DNA from: Eremomyces bilateralis CBS 781.70
Lineage: Eukaryota
Strand: one strand, 5' to 3'
DNA: 48,695 bases
Assembly: GCA_010015585.1 (NCBI GenBank)
Contig: ML975168.1
Part shown: piece after piece, positions 14,341-27,821 of the stretch
How the letters are laid out: every line of letters starts with the position of its first letter
How positions within the stretch are numbered: position 1 is the stretch's first letter
Made by a program: the position numbers and the translations under genes
Notes under the pieces: model-generated
Told to the model about the DNA's origin: nothing
Seen by the model: only the letters and a program-made list of their open reading frames with translations
Database searches by the model: none

Positions 14341-17300
14341 TCATGGGGACGCTTCGACTTCTGTATCTCTCGCGCCTTCCTCCTTTCGCTTTTTTCTTTG
14401 CTCCCAGTACTGCGACCCACGACTGAGGAGCGGCCTTTCATCATATTCCGAATCATGATCCTCGACCTCACAATCCTCCTGACAAGTTTCCTCACGCCTC
14501 AAAGTGGCACCTTGACCCCGCACCGCACTTGGTACTTGAGCAGACATCTGATGGGCGCGCATCGTCTCCTGGAATCGAAGGTTCATGATTTCGTAGAATT
14601 CCTCGTTCGAGATTGGTCCTGGTCCCTGGCGCCGGAAAGCTGGGTGCACCATGCCGTCAACAATACGGCCTGGTAGGTCACTTTCTCTGGACTGGCCCTC
14701 ACTTCGACCTAGATGGGTCTCACCATGTTGATGGCGGACATCTCGGTGACGGAGGTGTTGGTCATGAATATCTTCTGCACGGCTCTCGGGCCCCTCACGT
14801 TGCGCAGTCAGTCCACACTCTTGCGCCTGTTTAGGCTGGTCCTCCTCACGACTTCCAGAAACACTCGGAACACTCAGCGCATTCTGACCAGACTGGGTAC
14901 CGAGTCGAGGATGGATAATTGTGGGCCCGACGATGTTGGACACTTGTAGAGGGGACTGAGGAAGCTCCGGCGGGGGTCCAGAAAAAAATGAAGAATATCG
15001 TGGGATTTGATCCCGCACCTGTGGAGTAGGTGTATCTGCTTGAGCGGACGGGGTAACCGGGGCGACCGGACCACGTGGAGTGAACTTGTGGTCTGGCGTC
15101 CGGTGCTTCTCCGCCCACGCCAGCACCGCAGCACGAGGATCCGAAACTGGATATGCCCCAGGTACGGTCGGCGTGGAAGGAGTGCCCCGTACGGAAGGGA
15201 TAATTCTCCTCGGAATCTGCGACGGGGACACATTTTGCCCGGGACAGGCATTCTGTCCGCCACCCACATTCGCACCGGTCGCTACGTTTTGCTTCGGAGC
15301 CAACCCCAGACGCCCCAATCGTGGGATTGCCGGAGGAGATATATTTGCTGCGGGACTCTGCGGAGTGAACACGTAACGTGGAATTATAGATCCAGTGGAC
15401 TCCACCCATCGGCCCTCCAATTTCGCCAGAGTCTCATCTCGGCCTCCTGAATTTGTTGCGGGCGATTCAGGAGCCGGAACACCTTCGCCTCTCCAGAATG
15501 ACATCCTAGTTCGTGGACTGCCCCGCGCTGTGGGATCAGTGCGGACTTGTCGCTCGATGATCTCCCTGTCGACATCTTCCCAGATCTTTCGTTCAGTGTC
15601 GGTTCGTGGATGAAAACGGTCAGATAAAGCCGGAATATCTGTGAACGGTTTGAACCATGGCTCATATGCACCGCGCGACTCATCGGAGCTTGGCTGAATG
15701 GCTTCGCGATGTTGGGCAAGATTGGCTGAACGGGGCTGTTCGTTACGTGGAGTAGCACTGAATCGTCCCGGAACGCGTGACGGAGACTGAATGCCACTCG
15801 GAGAAATATTGCCATGCACACGAGTGTCCGACTGAGGCGGGGGCTCTTTTGGAGAAGAGCCGACCCCTCTCAGAAGGAAAGGAATCGGAGTCTCAGAGCC
15901 ACTCGGAGCACTATTATCATGTACCGCCGTATACGGCTGAGGCTGGGGATCTCTCTGGACAACACCGCGATTTCTTGGGATTGACAACTCGGATTGATCC
16001 GACGGTGGTGCGACACTGCGGTACCAGGTTGGGCTCTCAGATTCCCCCCGGGAAATTGTTAAGGGGCGGGGAATATCTGCGGCTTCAGGGTCAAATGGCG
16101 GCATCTCTTGAATTCCACTTGGGCGAAGATTCTGTTGAGATGCACGCGGTGTCTTCTCCCCTTCGGACTCGGAATCACTGCTGGAATCAAATTCATACTG
16201 TCGCGGTGCGAAGGGTGAACCGAGTGGTGTCGTTGATGCAGTCTCCAATGGATGACTTGGCGTGGCAGGCTCAACTTGTGCGAAGGCTCGCTGCTGAGCG
16301 ATGGATGGCCGTGGCGTACGCTCGCGATCAATTGGTGTGGGAGAACGATATTCATCGGGTTGTTCCACTACGAAACGCGGCCTACGAACCGGAGATCCTC
16401 GAGTAAGGTCCAGCGACAACTCTTCGGGACCATCCCAATCCTCCCCGTCGTATTGAGGGTCGGACAGCGCCCGAGTCCCAGTTGCAGGGTTGGCCGCGAA
16501 TGGGCTCGGAAGGGGTGCCGGAACTGCAGACTCTTGATCCTCATCGTACAGCTGGTCGAAAGTGAACCCATGACCGCCAGCTCGATGGATGGCTGCACAA
16601 TGTCTCGGGATGGGTGACTGAACTGGAAAATATTCTCTCTCCTCATCATACAGGGGGTCGTAAGGAAGGGAAGCAGGCGGTGGACCACGGTTTTGCGAAG
16701 AGCTTGGAACTGACGTCCCACTGGCGAAGCCGGGATTGAAGCTTTGTGGTGCCGTTGCTATTCGGAGCGCCGGACGAATATCCCTACCTCCATCCAAGTC
16801 TTGTCCATTTGCGAGTGATGGATGAGGGAGGAATGATTGATGTGCATAATGAGCCAGACGATGGGCTGGTTGATTTAACGAAATCGGCGATGCGGGACGA
16901 GGGACTGGACGATTTAGCCCAATCGAAGACACTGGCCGAAGTAGTCGGGGGCTTTCTCCAAAGTCGGGAGTGATATGGATTCCCTCCACTTCGGGATGAG
17001 GCTCGATTGACCTTTGGGATGCAGGCAGACCGGGCTGGTTCTCCCCGGCGTGCTGTTGCTCCCAATTCTCTATGAACTTAGCAATCGCGTTCTCGGTGGA
17101 CTGAGTAAGGCCACGCCGGAAGTCCTGAGTCATCTTGAGCTCCCGTTGCCTGATTACTTGATCGATTGCTTCCAGCAATTTTTCAGAGAACTCGACTGGC
17201 CTGGATGGTTCCAGAGGGACCGGAACTTCTGGTTCGGTCACCACACGTCTTAACTGTGCTGGCGGCGGAGGAGGAACAGGATTGGAAGGCCATGGTTGAG

Positions 17301-19487
17301 AGGACTGGGGCGGTTCTGCACCCCGGAGCGCCTCACTGGTACGAGTTCGCCTCAAATTGTTTTGCAACGAGAACGGCATTGGCTGTCCGCTCGCTGATTC
17401 CTTGAGGTTGGTCGTGGTCCTCGAAGCCCTCAAATGCGGGCGCTGCCCACGGGGTGTCTGCGTGAGAGGACTAGAGCCGTGTGGAATCTCGTGGTGTTCC
17501 CCTCGAATCTTGATCTTATGGTTCGGAAGGCCAATTGGGTTGGAGATTGACCGCTTGTTAATCCACGGTTTCTGCTGCGTACTAGGATCCGCAGCCGACT
17601 TCAGGAAAGGAAGAGTCAGTCTGGTACGTTTTCGTGCTGGTGTCTTTCCTTGACTTCTAGTTGCATCGCTAGAAGTTTTGCCTCTCTGGCTACTAGATGC
17701 ATAGCTCGGAGTTTTGGGTACTTGAGGAGGGGAGCGCCACCATTGCACTGGTATGTTTGGGCCTGTCCCTTGACTGCTCGTTGCATCGATCGGAGTGCGC
17801 GGCTCTTGAGAAAACCAACTCCACTTCATCTGCCCTAAACTTAGAGGACGTTCCTCATCCTCCGGCAACGTCCCGAACGAGGGGGAAGGTGCCGAGCCCG
17901 GTGTACTCGGCACACTAGGAGTAAGGGGCGGAGCATCAATCAGCCTTAGGGACTGATGATAGGTGTCGAACGCTGAGTTCAGCCCTCCGTACAAAACAGA
18001 GTCTCGGTACGGCTCTTCTCGCTGTACACTTGCAACCTCACTCCGTCTAGCTCGAACCACTTGTTCTCTCAAAGCTGCATCCGTCGGCACCTCGACTGGG
18101 ACTGTTTGCCCAGTCGTGTCTCCGATTTGAGATTCTTCGGCTTCGGCAGATCTAAGGATTGGCAATTTTGGACTTCCATCATGCAGCGACTGCGTACTTC
18201 CTGGAATATCAGGAAGCTCACAGTTAGGTGGTGGCCCCCTCGCTTCCGGAAAAGCCCCTTGTCGAGCCAGGGATTGAGGTGGGTTCGGAGGATGTGGTTG
18301 TGACCGGGGGCGGGGAAGCAGCGGAGGAGGAGGGCGCTGGTGAGGTTGGCGGGAATCGTCAGTGGAAGCCTCTTCAGGCTCCTCGCATTCTCGCGGCGGT
18401 CCAGTGGCTTTCGGCAAGGCCTGTCCCTTAGCAGGGGATGGAGGAGGTGGGTTAGGCGGCTGTGGTTGCGGACGGGGCCGTGGAGGCGGCGGTGGTGGAC
18501 GTGGGCGTGGTTGACGTGGGGAGTCAGGGGGAATCACTTCCAAGTCCGGCCTCAGCGGCGGAAAGAGCTGCCCTGGTTCTCCGAGAGACGCATACCTCAC
18601 TGGCCCATCTCTTGGCGTTTGACGGCGGTCTCCTGCATCTTGAGGAACGTATGGTTCGCTATACGTATCACCTGCTGCCGTATAAGCATTGTCCGCTTTG
18701 GCTTTGGTATTGGCCTCTTTAACAGGTCTCGCGGCTGCCTCGCGCGCCGCAACTCGCTCTTGATGGCTGTTGATCTCCTCCGGAGAGTAGCTATACTGTA
18801 ACGGATCTCGCGAGAACTCGGCGACTTGGAGATCATGTGGGTGCTGCCGCATCCTCACAGCCTCATTATGGGCCTCCCGATCATTTGCGCTAGGACAACT
18901 TTCAGCATTGTGGCCGTTCAATTTACACCACGTGCAGCCCCTGAATATGAGTTGAAGGGTCCAAAAAGGCTGGGAACACAAAGGGCAACTTACTGCTGCA
19001 AGAATACATCATTATTGGGCAGACGGGCCGCTTGCGCGGGCTGCTGGTAGGTGGGAATCGGGGGTGGTGGGCTGGATGACTGTCAGTCCCATTTCACAAA
19101 GATGTGCAAGCCAACAATCGCATCGCTGGACAATCGCACAAAGCCCGAAAATTCGGACACAGCATGGAAAGACGTACCTGAGGGCCTGTCCCCGAGCTAC
19201 TTCATAGAGGCGGGTCTCAAACGCATTCTCCCCCCGTGCCAACGTAGCGATCGGAGTGAGCCCCTCATCAGATCTTTTCCTCAGCAGGATCTTCTTCACC
19301 TAAAGGTGACACGGGGAATTGTTAGCGATTGAGGTCTCTCACACTGGGTTCGTAGTGATTGAGATATCGCCGTCAACATCGGGACATTCCGCCGGTGAGC
19401 GGCCGAACAGAAAAGTGCGACCCACGCGACAGTGAGGTCAGTGAGTTAGAACGCACAACTTACCATTTTCTTTCCTTTTTTCCCCAT
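14341..19487 (-). CDS. Uncharacterised ~1600-aa Pro/Ser/Gln-rich protein with an N-terminal CCHC zinc knuckle
   Basis: 4.6-kb open terminal exon (18940..14341) plus three upstream exons that splice in frame via GT-AG introns (19487..19464 MGKKGKKM; 19299..19178; 19071..18994). CTWCKLNGHNAESC = CX2CX4HX4C. Confidence 0.8.
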
Positions 19488-20403
19488 AGCGGCTACAAAG
19501 GGGCTTTCAGCTTCCTGTTCGATGCTAATTGAACGAAATTCTCGTTCTTCTGGGTTATCCCGGTTGAACGAAATAGTGGTGTGCAGCTCTGACGCTACCA
19601 CAACTCGGTCAAACCAACAGTCCTCCCCCACAATGAGAAAGTACGGAAGGCAAGAAAACGATCGGGGGTTAAAACATTATTAGTCGATGATGATAAGGAG
19701 CATTGGGGGAATAACGCAATGTTTTTCAAGAAGAAAAGGCGGAGATGTCGGGAAGTGGTCGCAACAGACAACCAGTCGATGATTTCTCTCGAAGCAAAAG
19801 AGCTCAATCAATGTCTGCAGTTCTTCGCGAAGATGATGGCGATCAGTGCAGCAGTATAAAGTTTCTTAAAGAGTAGGATGGTTATTGATTGAGTCAGAAG
19901 GTGGTGTTGTGCGATAGGAGATTGGGAAGGATGGTGAAAGAGATTCAGGACGAAGCCGCAGAAGAGGAACGAAAACAGTGTGCGAAGAATGCTCATCCAC
20001 AATTGAAACAGTTACGGAATTGAGTTCTGAACGAGTGCAGCGAACTGTGAATATCTGCAGAGGAGCTCACGAAGACGAATTTACTTCATCACAAGAGTTT
20101 CACCATGCTGATCAGGGGAGGATCGGTGGAAGCCCAATATCGACCAGAACTACGGCCATGGACAGCATTTCGTGGGCATACGGCAGATGGCTTGATCGAG
20201 TCCATAGCATTAGGTCAATTCCATGTGCAAATCCACGTCACTTCCACTTTGCTCGATTCATTTCCCAATGGGCCAGGCACCCATTTCAGTGTCTACTCAG
20301 GGGCTGTCACTATTTCGCGGGTATTTTGCGGATGAGAAGGACAAGCCCGTAGTGGCATGTCACGCCCTCCCCGGACCTCGCCCAGAAATTTTGGTCGTCC
20401 TCT

Positions 20404-20660
20404 GCATGTGGAGATCGCACAGTGAATATTACTAGAACATGTTCCCCCATGGTCTGCAATTGTGCCAAAGGCCATGAGGACTGGATCTGGGGGTCCGCAC
20501 ACTATCGCTCGGGGCACGTGGTAATCGCACAGTGAATATTAACCGTGGAGGCCTAGTTAGTTGGCGAACTGGATGTCATAAGTTCAGGAGGACTGGGTGA
20601 ATGACTCTGCGGCGTTTCCAGAGCACGTGGGAATCCCAAGGAGGTTCAGCAGTGGATATT
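20404..20660. repeat. ~110-bp-period degenerate direct repeats
   Basis: ATCGCACAGTGAATATTA identical at 20414 and 20524, each preceded by GCA(T/C)GTGG; weaker third copy GCACGTGG...CAGTGGATATT at ~20623-20660. Confidence 0.65.
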
Positions 20661-21271
20661 CATCATCATCAGTTTTCTAGATACTTTTCAGCCTGTGAAC
20701 CTCTCATAATTGTAGGCAGGATAGACTGCCAGACCTGGTGATATTGATGAACAGTGTGTCACAATGGAATGAGCAGCGCAAGGAGTCTTCACACCATCAG
20801 CCATAACAAATAAATCTAATCCATGTATCATAGAAGTCACAATGTCACTCGCCCTCTATCAAGTTGGTAGAGGAACCCTTAACTGCTTATATAGATCGCA
20901 AATTATTCTCAACCGTGCTTTTCTATGAAACCTGTACTTTTCTTTCATTGGCAAAACATAACTGCAGAAGCCCGCCTCTCCTCACAACGGCGAAACTCCA
21001 TACAGCGTGAACATACATCCAACCCACCCCACACCTAATCAGGCGCAGAGGCAGGCCGGCCTTCGTTCGATACAACGCTCCACGTTCCGTGGTCCCTAGT
21101 GTTACATTGCGCATTTTTTCGCGTGGTTGCCGTGCAGTGCCTAGAGAGCAGAGCCCATAGAGCGGAAATGAAATACAGAAGACTTGTACGCATCAATCAG
21201 GCGGGAGGCTCAAGCGGGTGGGGGGTGGAGTACGGTCGACGTCGAGCGCACAGCCGCCCCCTTCGCGAGCC

Positions 21272-21325
21272 CCAGCCGCCCACCAGCCGCTCACCAGCCG
21301 CTCACCAGCCGCGTCCACCAGCCAC
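21272..21325. repeat. 11-bp minisatellite (CCAGCCGCTCA-like) downstream of ADK1
   Basis: ccagccgccca ccagccgctca ccagccgctca ccagccgcgtcca ccagcc. Confidence 0.85.
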
Positions 21326-21397
21326 GCATCGATTCCTCAATATTAGACAATGGATTCAACTCTCGCATGCCAGCCAAACGCGGACGGGCCGACGGCT

Positions 21398-22454
<1,057 letters not shown>

Positions 22455-23608
22455 TGCGTCTCTTCAACACACGCAACCAGCAATTCAACACCTCGGAACC
22501 AATCCACAACAACCTAGCACTTCTGACCTTCGAATGTCAACCGGGGCAGCAAAGGGGGATGGTGGGGGCACGAGACGCGGACGAGAGGATTGATGATGGA
22601 TGATGGAGGAATAGGAACGAGGTTCAAGATTCGGCTCAGTTGGATTCTTGGGTGGTGAACTTTGGGTGAGGAGTGCAATCGAGCTAACGGAACTAAACCT
22701 AAGCAAGGTCGATGTGAACATTATTATCCGCTGCACAGACAAGCCTGCCGTCCCTCCGTCAATCCTTTGAGCCGATTGGTTCGGCCAATCGAGGTACCAG
22801 CTGGTGCCGATCGCTTTTCTTGTGAGAGGCTCTGAATCGTGCAGAATTGGTTTTCCTTTGCCGTTGGTCCTCGGAACAGAGTTGGGCACCTGGGCTTTTT
22901 CGTGATTTCGTGATGACGTGGGAATCTAGTAGGAGTTTGAAGATGGATGGTATGGTGCATTATTCAGGACTATGTACTTCCATACGGGTAATGAAGTTCT
23001 TCCACAGGGTATGTACTGTACGTGGATATCGAATCGATATTGGAATTGTCTGCATAACCAATCTATCTGAGCTTCTGAAGCTGGACTGGAGGATGACCGG
23101 TCCGGAGTCCATAACCCACGGCTAATATGATATTACACAATAGTACCATTTTGTAGTTGATCGCAATGTAAATGATGTGTGGTATATTCTACATTGTTTG
23201 GTAGACATCGGTTGGTCCTCAGCGATGTCAAGTATTAGGACCCAAGCTGCTGGATGGAGACGAAGAATATACCTGTCTCCCCTACATGTAATAAAATTCA
23301 ACAGGACAATTTCGGATAATTCCTTTTCTACTCCAAATGTAGTCGATGAATAGATATCTACGGAATCCGGTATCTGGCTTAGATGTTGTTGAGGACTAGG
23401 GATGAGCTTAGCTGTACATTTCACCAGGTCAGTTTGTTGGAAAACATAGATTTCTCGTCCCAATGAGCAAGTTCCATTGGACTGCCTGGAATCGAGAACG
23501 AATACGCCAGCTTCAAAAGTACCTAGCTTCATAAGAAACGCTCCCACGCAAAGACCCTCCTGCGAACCCACCACCCTTCACCCATCACAAAAGAACTTAC
23601 CACCCCCC

Positions 23609-25033
23609 TCATCTCTTCCGACTCGCCTTCCCACTCTGCACCGCATGCCTCGCCATAATCCTCTTCATCACATCACCGCCCCCGCTCTCCGCCGCCTGCA
23701 CCGGCACGTAGTTGCTCCGCGGCGCCACGCTGTAGCTCGCCGCGTTGTTCTCCACGCGTGCGCGGTTCATGTACGTCGGCGTCGCGAGCAGCTGCTCGCG
23801 GCGGCGCGCGGCCGCTTGGGCTTGCAGGTCGGCGGAGAGGTCGGCAGAGGAAGGGGTGGGGTGGTGGCTGCGGGGGGTTTAGTATAAAGCATATAAAAAA
23901 GATGGGGAGGGGGAGGCGTACCTGGGGTCGTATTGGACTTGTTGGATGTCGCGTTTGCGGAAATCGGCGTTGCGGCGGAGGATCGGACGAGTCCATGCGG
24001 CGACGAGGCGGTCGGCTTGGCGCTTGATATCCGCCTGGGGGCGATTACTCTTCGTGTAAAAATGCGTGACCTTCCCGATGCCCGACGAGGTGAGCGACTC
24101 CGTCTTGATCGGGAGTCGCTCCAGCACGTCAAACAGCTGTTTCTGGATCTGGTAGGCGGGCAGGCTCCCGTCGGCGAGCGGCTCGAGGAAGAAGCGCACG
24201 GCTTCGAGCAGGTTGATGTCCGGGTCGACGAGCTCGGAGCCGAACTTGTCGCGGTTGAGGAGGCCGATTACGGCGGGGAGGAGCTCGAGTTTGTGGATGG
24301 CGGGCTTATTAGCTTCGCGGGCTTCGGCGTCAGCTTTGGCGGCTTCAATCATTTTGCCGCGCATGTTTTCGATCTCGCGGTCGATCATCGCTTCGAACTC
24401 CTGTGGAACCGATCAGTATCTGTAGGCGCCTCAAATTCGTTGGTAGATTCTTACCAAGCCCGACTGCTTCCCTCGCCTTGACGTACTCTTCAGTGCCTCA
24501 TCCATCTTCCGATCTAACGCCCTCTTCCTCCTCTCCTTTGGCTCTAACTGCTCCTCATCCGTATCTACCTCCTTCTGCACCCTCCCCCTCTTCCTCTCCC
24601 CCTCCCCCTTCTTCTTCCTCTCTCTCCGACTTCCCTCCATCTGCGGCCCCCCCTCAAACTCTTCCTCTTCATCCTTCTTCCTCCTTACCTTCTTCTCCCG
24701 CCGTCCCTCTTTCCTCTTCCGCTTCGCCGGCTCCTCGTCGCCTTCGGTGCGCTTGCGCTTGTGCACGCCGAGCTGGGCGACGTTGGTCTCGTCGACGGCG
24801 ACCGGGGCGTGCTCGTCGAGCGCGACTTTGGAGGGGTCGAAGTCTTGGATAAGGGCTTCATCGATGTCGGAGAGGACAGATTCAACGTCGGAAATATCGG
24901 AGGCGTTGTCGTCGATATCGGAGTCTTTGGGGTTGTTGGTTGAGGGTGCGTTAGGGGTGGCGGCGGCGCTGAGATCGCCATTTTGGGAGGGAGATGGAGC
25001 TTGACGCTCTTGGGAGGACTCGGAGTCGCTCAT
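23609..25033 (-). CDS. IWS1: Transcription elongation factor Iws1/Spn1 (3 exons)
   Basis: Acidic N-terminus MSDSESS...; KPAIHKLELLP, NLLEAVRFFLEPLADGSLPAY, SGIGKVTHFY, LVAAWTRPIL (TFIIS-N domain); last exon spliced manually ends ...KASRKR* at 23609. Confidence 0.93.
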
Positions 25034-25340
25034 TTTGAGATGTGAAGATTTAGAGGTATCAGAGTGGTGGTGATAGTGAGGTCGTGAGGAGAGTAGGGGA
25101 CGTGATGTTGATGCTTCAAACAAATTCCATGCGTTCCTTGTTGAGATTGGATGCCTGAGGAACAATTATGATACGGCACTAAGGCAACTATATATTGACG
25201 TGTTGCAGTTTACCCGAAGATCTACCAAGACCTCGAACTCCGTCACGCCCTGAAACTTTCTGAAAGTCCAGGACAACCGCCAGAACTACATCCAGTCAAC
25301 CCATCCATCATTCAACCAACCCCTCAACCCAATCTTCAAG

Positions 25341-25646
25341 ATGATGTACGGAGGTAAGTTCCCCACCTCCTCCAATCCTCCAACAGAAACTAACCCCAAC
25401 AGCCCCACCCGCCCCTTCAAAGGACCAACTCGCCGTACGTTCTCCGATACATCCGCGGACGAGTGACATTAACTGACATGTTGCTGCAGTTGCAGGAACG
25501 CATGGCACAGGCGGAGGTGTCGTTTGCATTGGGGTTGTGTGCGATACTGTATATCTGTATGTGACGGGATAATGGGAGTAGAAGGGGGGAGCTAATGGGT
25601 TTGAACAGCGCCGCACGCGATCGAGTATTTCACGAAGCTGTTCTGA
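25341..25646 (+). CDS. TOM5: Mitochondrial outer-membrane translocase small subunit Tom5 (4 exons, 49 aa)
   Basis: Exons 25341-25353, 25403-25434, 25490-25556 and 25609-25646 (GT-AG, CTRAY branch sites) give MMYGAPPAPSKDQLALQERMAQAEVSFALGLCAILYISPHAIEYFTKLF*, matching the filamentous-fungal Tom5 pattern (M-F/Y-G start, LYxSP in a C-terminal TM). Confidence 0.85.
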
Positions 25647-25993
25647 GGAGCAGATGGTTGAGATAGGGAAGAGCTGGGGTGTACGATATAGTACTGGACA
25701 ATACAATGGATATGCGGGGAGTTGGTTGGATGGTTGGTGTATACCAGACATAATCAGCAGGGGATACGGACAATCATCACGGAGCCCATGAGCTGGACAT
25801 GAGGATTACTTCCAGCCTTGTACCATAGCATTTCGCCTCCTGTCATTATGGCGTCGTCGTAGACTGTATACCCAAAATACACTTTCGACTGCACATCCCT
25901 TGAATCATTCCCAACAACGCCGAGCGATGCTATAGCCTAGTACCAAGAACCGCACATCAGGTGGATACGCCACGGAGAGACGAAGGAATGGTA

Positions 25994-27429
25994 CTATCGA
26001 TTCACCGCTTGGGTAGAGGAGACCTGCCACGTGCTGAAGTCTTCATTAATCGACCCCAGTTCTTTGCGTAAATGCGTGAGCTGCGCATCGTAATCGCCCA
26101 ATAACTGCCACCAGTCAGTAAGTAAACCTCCATCTTGATTTGCAGATAAGAAAAGAAACATACCTTCTTCACCGCCTTCAACGTCTCCTCATCCATCGCC
26201 ACCTCCTGCCCTCCCTCCGCCCTCCTCCCCAACCTCTCCCCCTCCTCCTTCAACCCCCTCGTCCTTGCCCTCAATGCCGCCATCCGCGCCCATATCTCAT
26301 CCTGCCTCCCACTCAACACCGGATCAAACGCGCTCTTCTCCAGAGTCGCCAGCTGCCTCCGTAACTCCTCCTCCGCCGGCTCCATGCTATACCCGCGGTT
26401 CCGTAATACTTGCACCTTCGTTGCCAGCGCCAATGCCCGCTGGCTGAGGACGAGATGCTTTCGTCGTGCCTCCGCTGCGCGCGTCGCGAACTCGAGGTCA
26501 TGCTTCTGCTGCGTGGCGGAGAGGCTGGCGTCAATTTCGTGGAGGCGTTGCTGGAGGACACGGACGGCGAGAATCTGCAATTCCAGACGCTGGGCGATGG
26601 ATTCGAAGCCCTTCCCCAACACCGGGATGGCGCCCTCGTTGGGTTTGCGGGAGAGGGCATCTTCCCATTTCTTGCCGTTTTCGTCGGGGGCGGGACCATA
26701 GAAGGGTGCTTGTTCGGGGGGAACTTGGTTGTAGAAGTAGTGTTGGAAGGCGCAGTTCGAGGAGGTTGGGAGCCATTTTTCGTAGAGGACGGACATTTGA
26801 TCGACGATGCTGCGTTCGCGGAGGTTTTGGCTGGCGGCGGGTTGCCAGAGGTGGCTTTGACCGAGTTGGGGGAGAGGGGGGACGGCGCGTTGTTGGAGTT
26901 GTTGGGGAGGCTGGTTGTTTAGGATGGAGGCGCCGAAGAGGGATCCGCCGAGAGGATTGGCGTTTTGGTTTTGGGAGCCACCGAAGATGCCATTGTTTGT
27001 CTGCTGTTGCTGCTGTGGTTGTTGACTTTGTCCAAGATTGAAAGAACTACCGCCCAGCTGCTGCTGTTGTTGCTGCTGTTGTTGCTGCTGTTGTTGCTGC
27101 TGTTGTTGCTGCTGTCCTTGCAGCTGTCCTTGCTGCTGTCCTTGCTGAGTCGGAGGGGCGAAGAGACTAAATGTCGGCTTATTTTGTTGTCCCTGAGCCT
27201 GGCCTGCTGATGCTCCAAAAGGGCTGGACATGGGCGGTTTGCTCTGCTGTCCTGCTCCTACGTTCCCAAAAAGACTGGAGCCCGTATTAGTGCTACCAGG
27301 AGTTCCTGCCGATGCTCCAAAGGGACTGGACATGGGCGGTTTGCTCTGCTGGCCTGCTCCTAATGCTCCGAAAAGGCTGGATCCGGTGCCAGCAGTGCTC
27401 GCGGGAGTCCCGAAACCGGCGAAACTCAT
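25994..27429 (-). CDS. NUP57: Central-channel FG nucleoporin Nup57/Nup54 family
   Basis: SLFG/FG repeats and polyQ, then FQHYFYN, KWEDALS, IPVLGKGFE, LATKVQVLRNRGY, EEEL and QDEIWARM coiled coil; short last exon LLGDYDAQLTHLRKEL...AVNR*. Confidence 0.92.
27058..27114 (-). repeat. CAG/CAA polyQ microsatellite (19 Gln) in NUP57
   Basis: (CAGCAGCAACAA)n pattern on the coding strand. Confidence 0.95.
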
Positions 27430-27821
27430 TGTTGCTTTGTGGTGGAATGGGTGGTTCGCGAAGATGTAAAAGGGAGTAACGTCGAAAGATGTGGAAGGGT
27501 TCAATGGATTCCTGCTGAGGTAGGTGATTGTATTAACGAGTAGCAGAAAGAAACACAGTTAGAAGGTGGTATCTCAATGAATGGACGCGTCTTTTCCGGA
27601 CGTGTCATACAATTCCGATGCATCGAGTCCAACAAAGTTCACCTCTAAAGAAGTGACAAGGAAAGAGCTTCCCACATCCCTGTCCCGGAACTTCCCGTCG
27701 ACCTCTCAGCAACGAGACAATTCAACCTCACTTCGTTGACTTCATGGACTTCCATTGACTTCATCGTCACTTCTCCAGCTTCCTCCTCCATCCACCACTC
27801 CATCCCCCCCAATTGCCCACC

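Noticed and set aside
17500..17555. CRIB-like peptide KRSISNPIGLPNHKIKI in the orphan protein
   Set aside because: Has ISxP but lacks the F-x-H-x-x-H-V consensus; too weak to call.
20404..20545. CRISPR-like repeat-spacer appearance (also considered for 32845-33410)
   Set aside because: Eukaryotic context, only 2-3 imperfect repeats, spacers too long, no cas genes.
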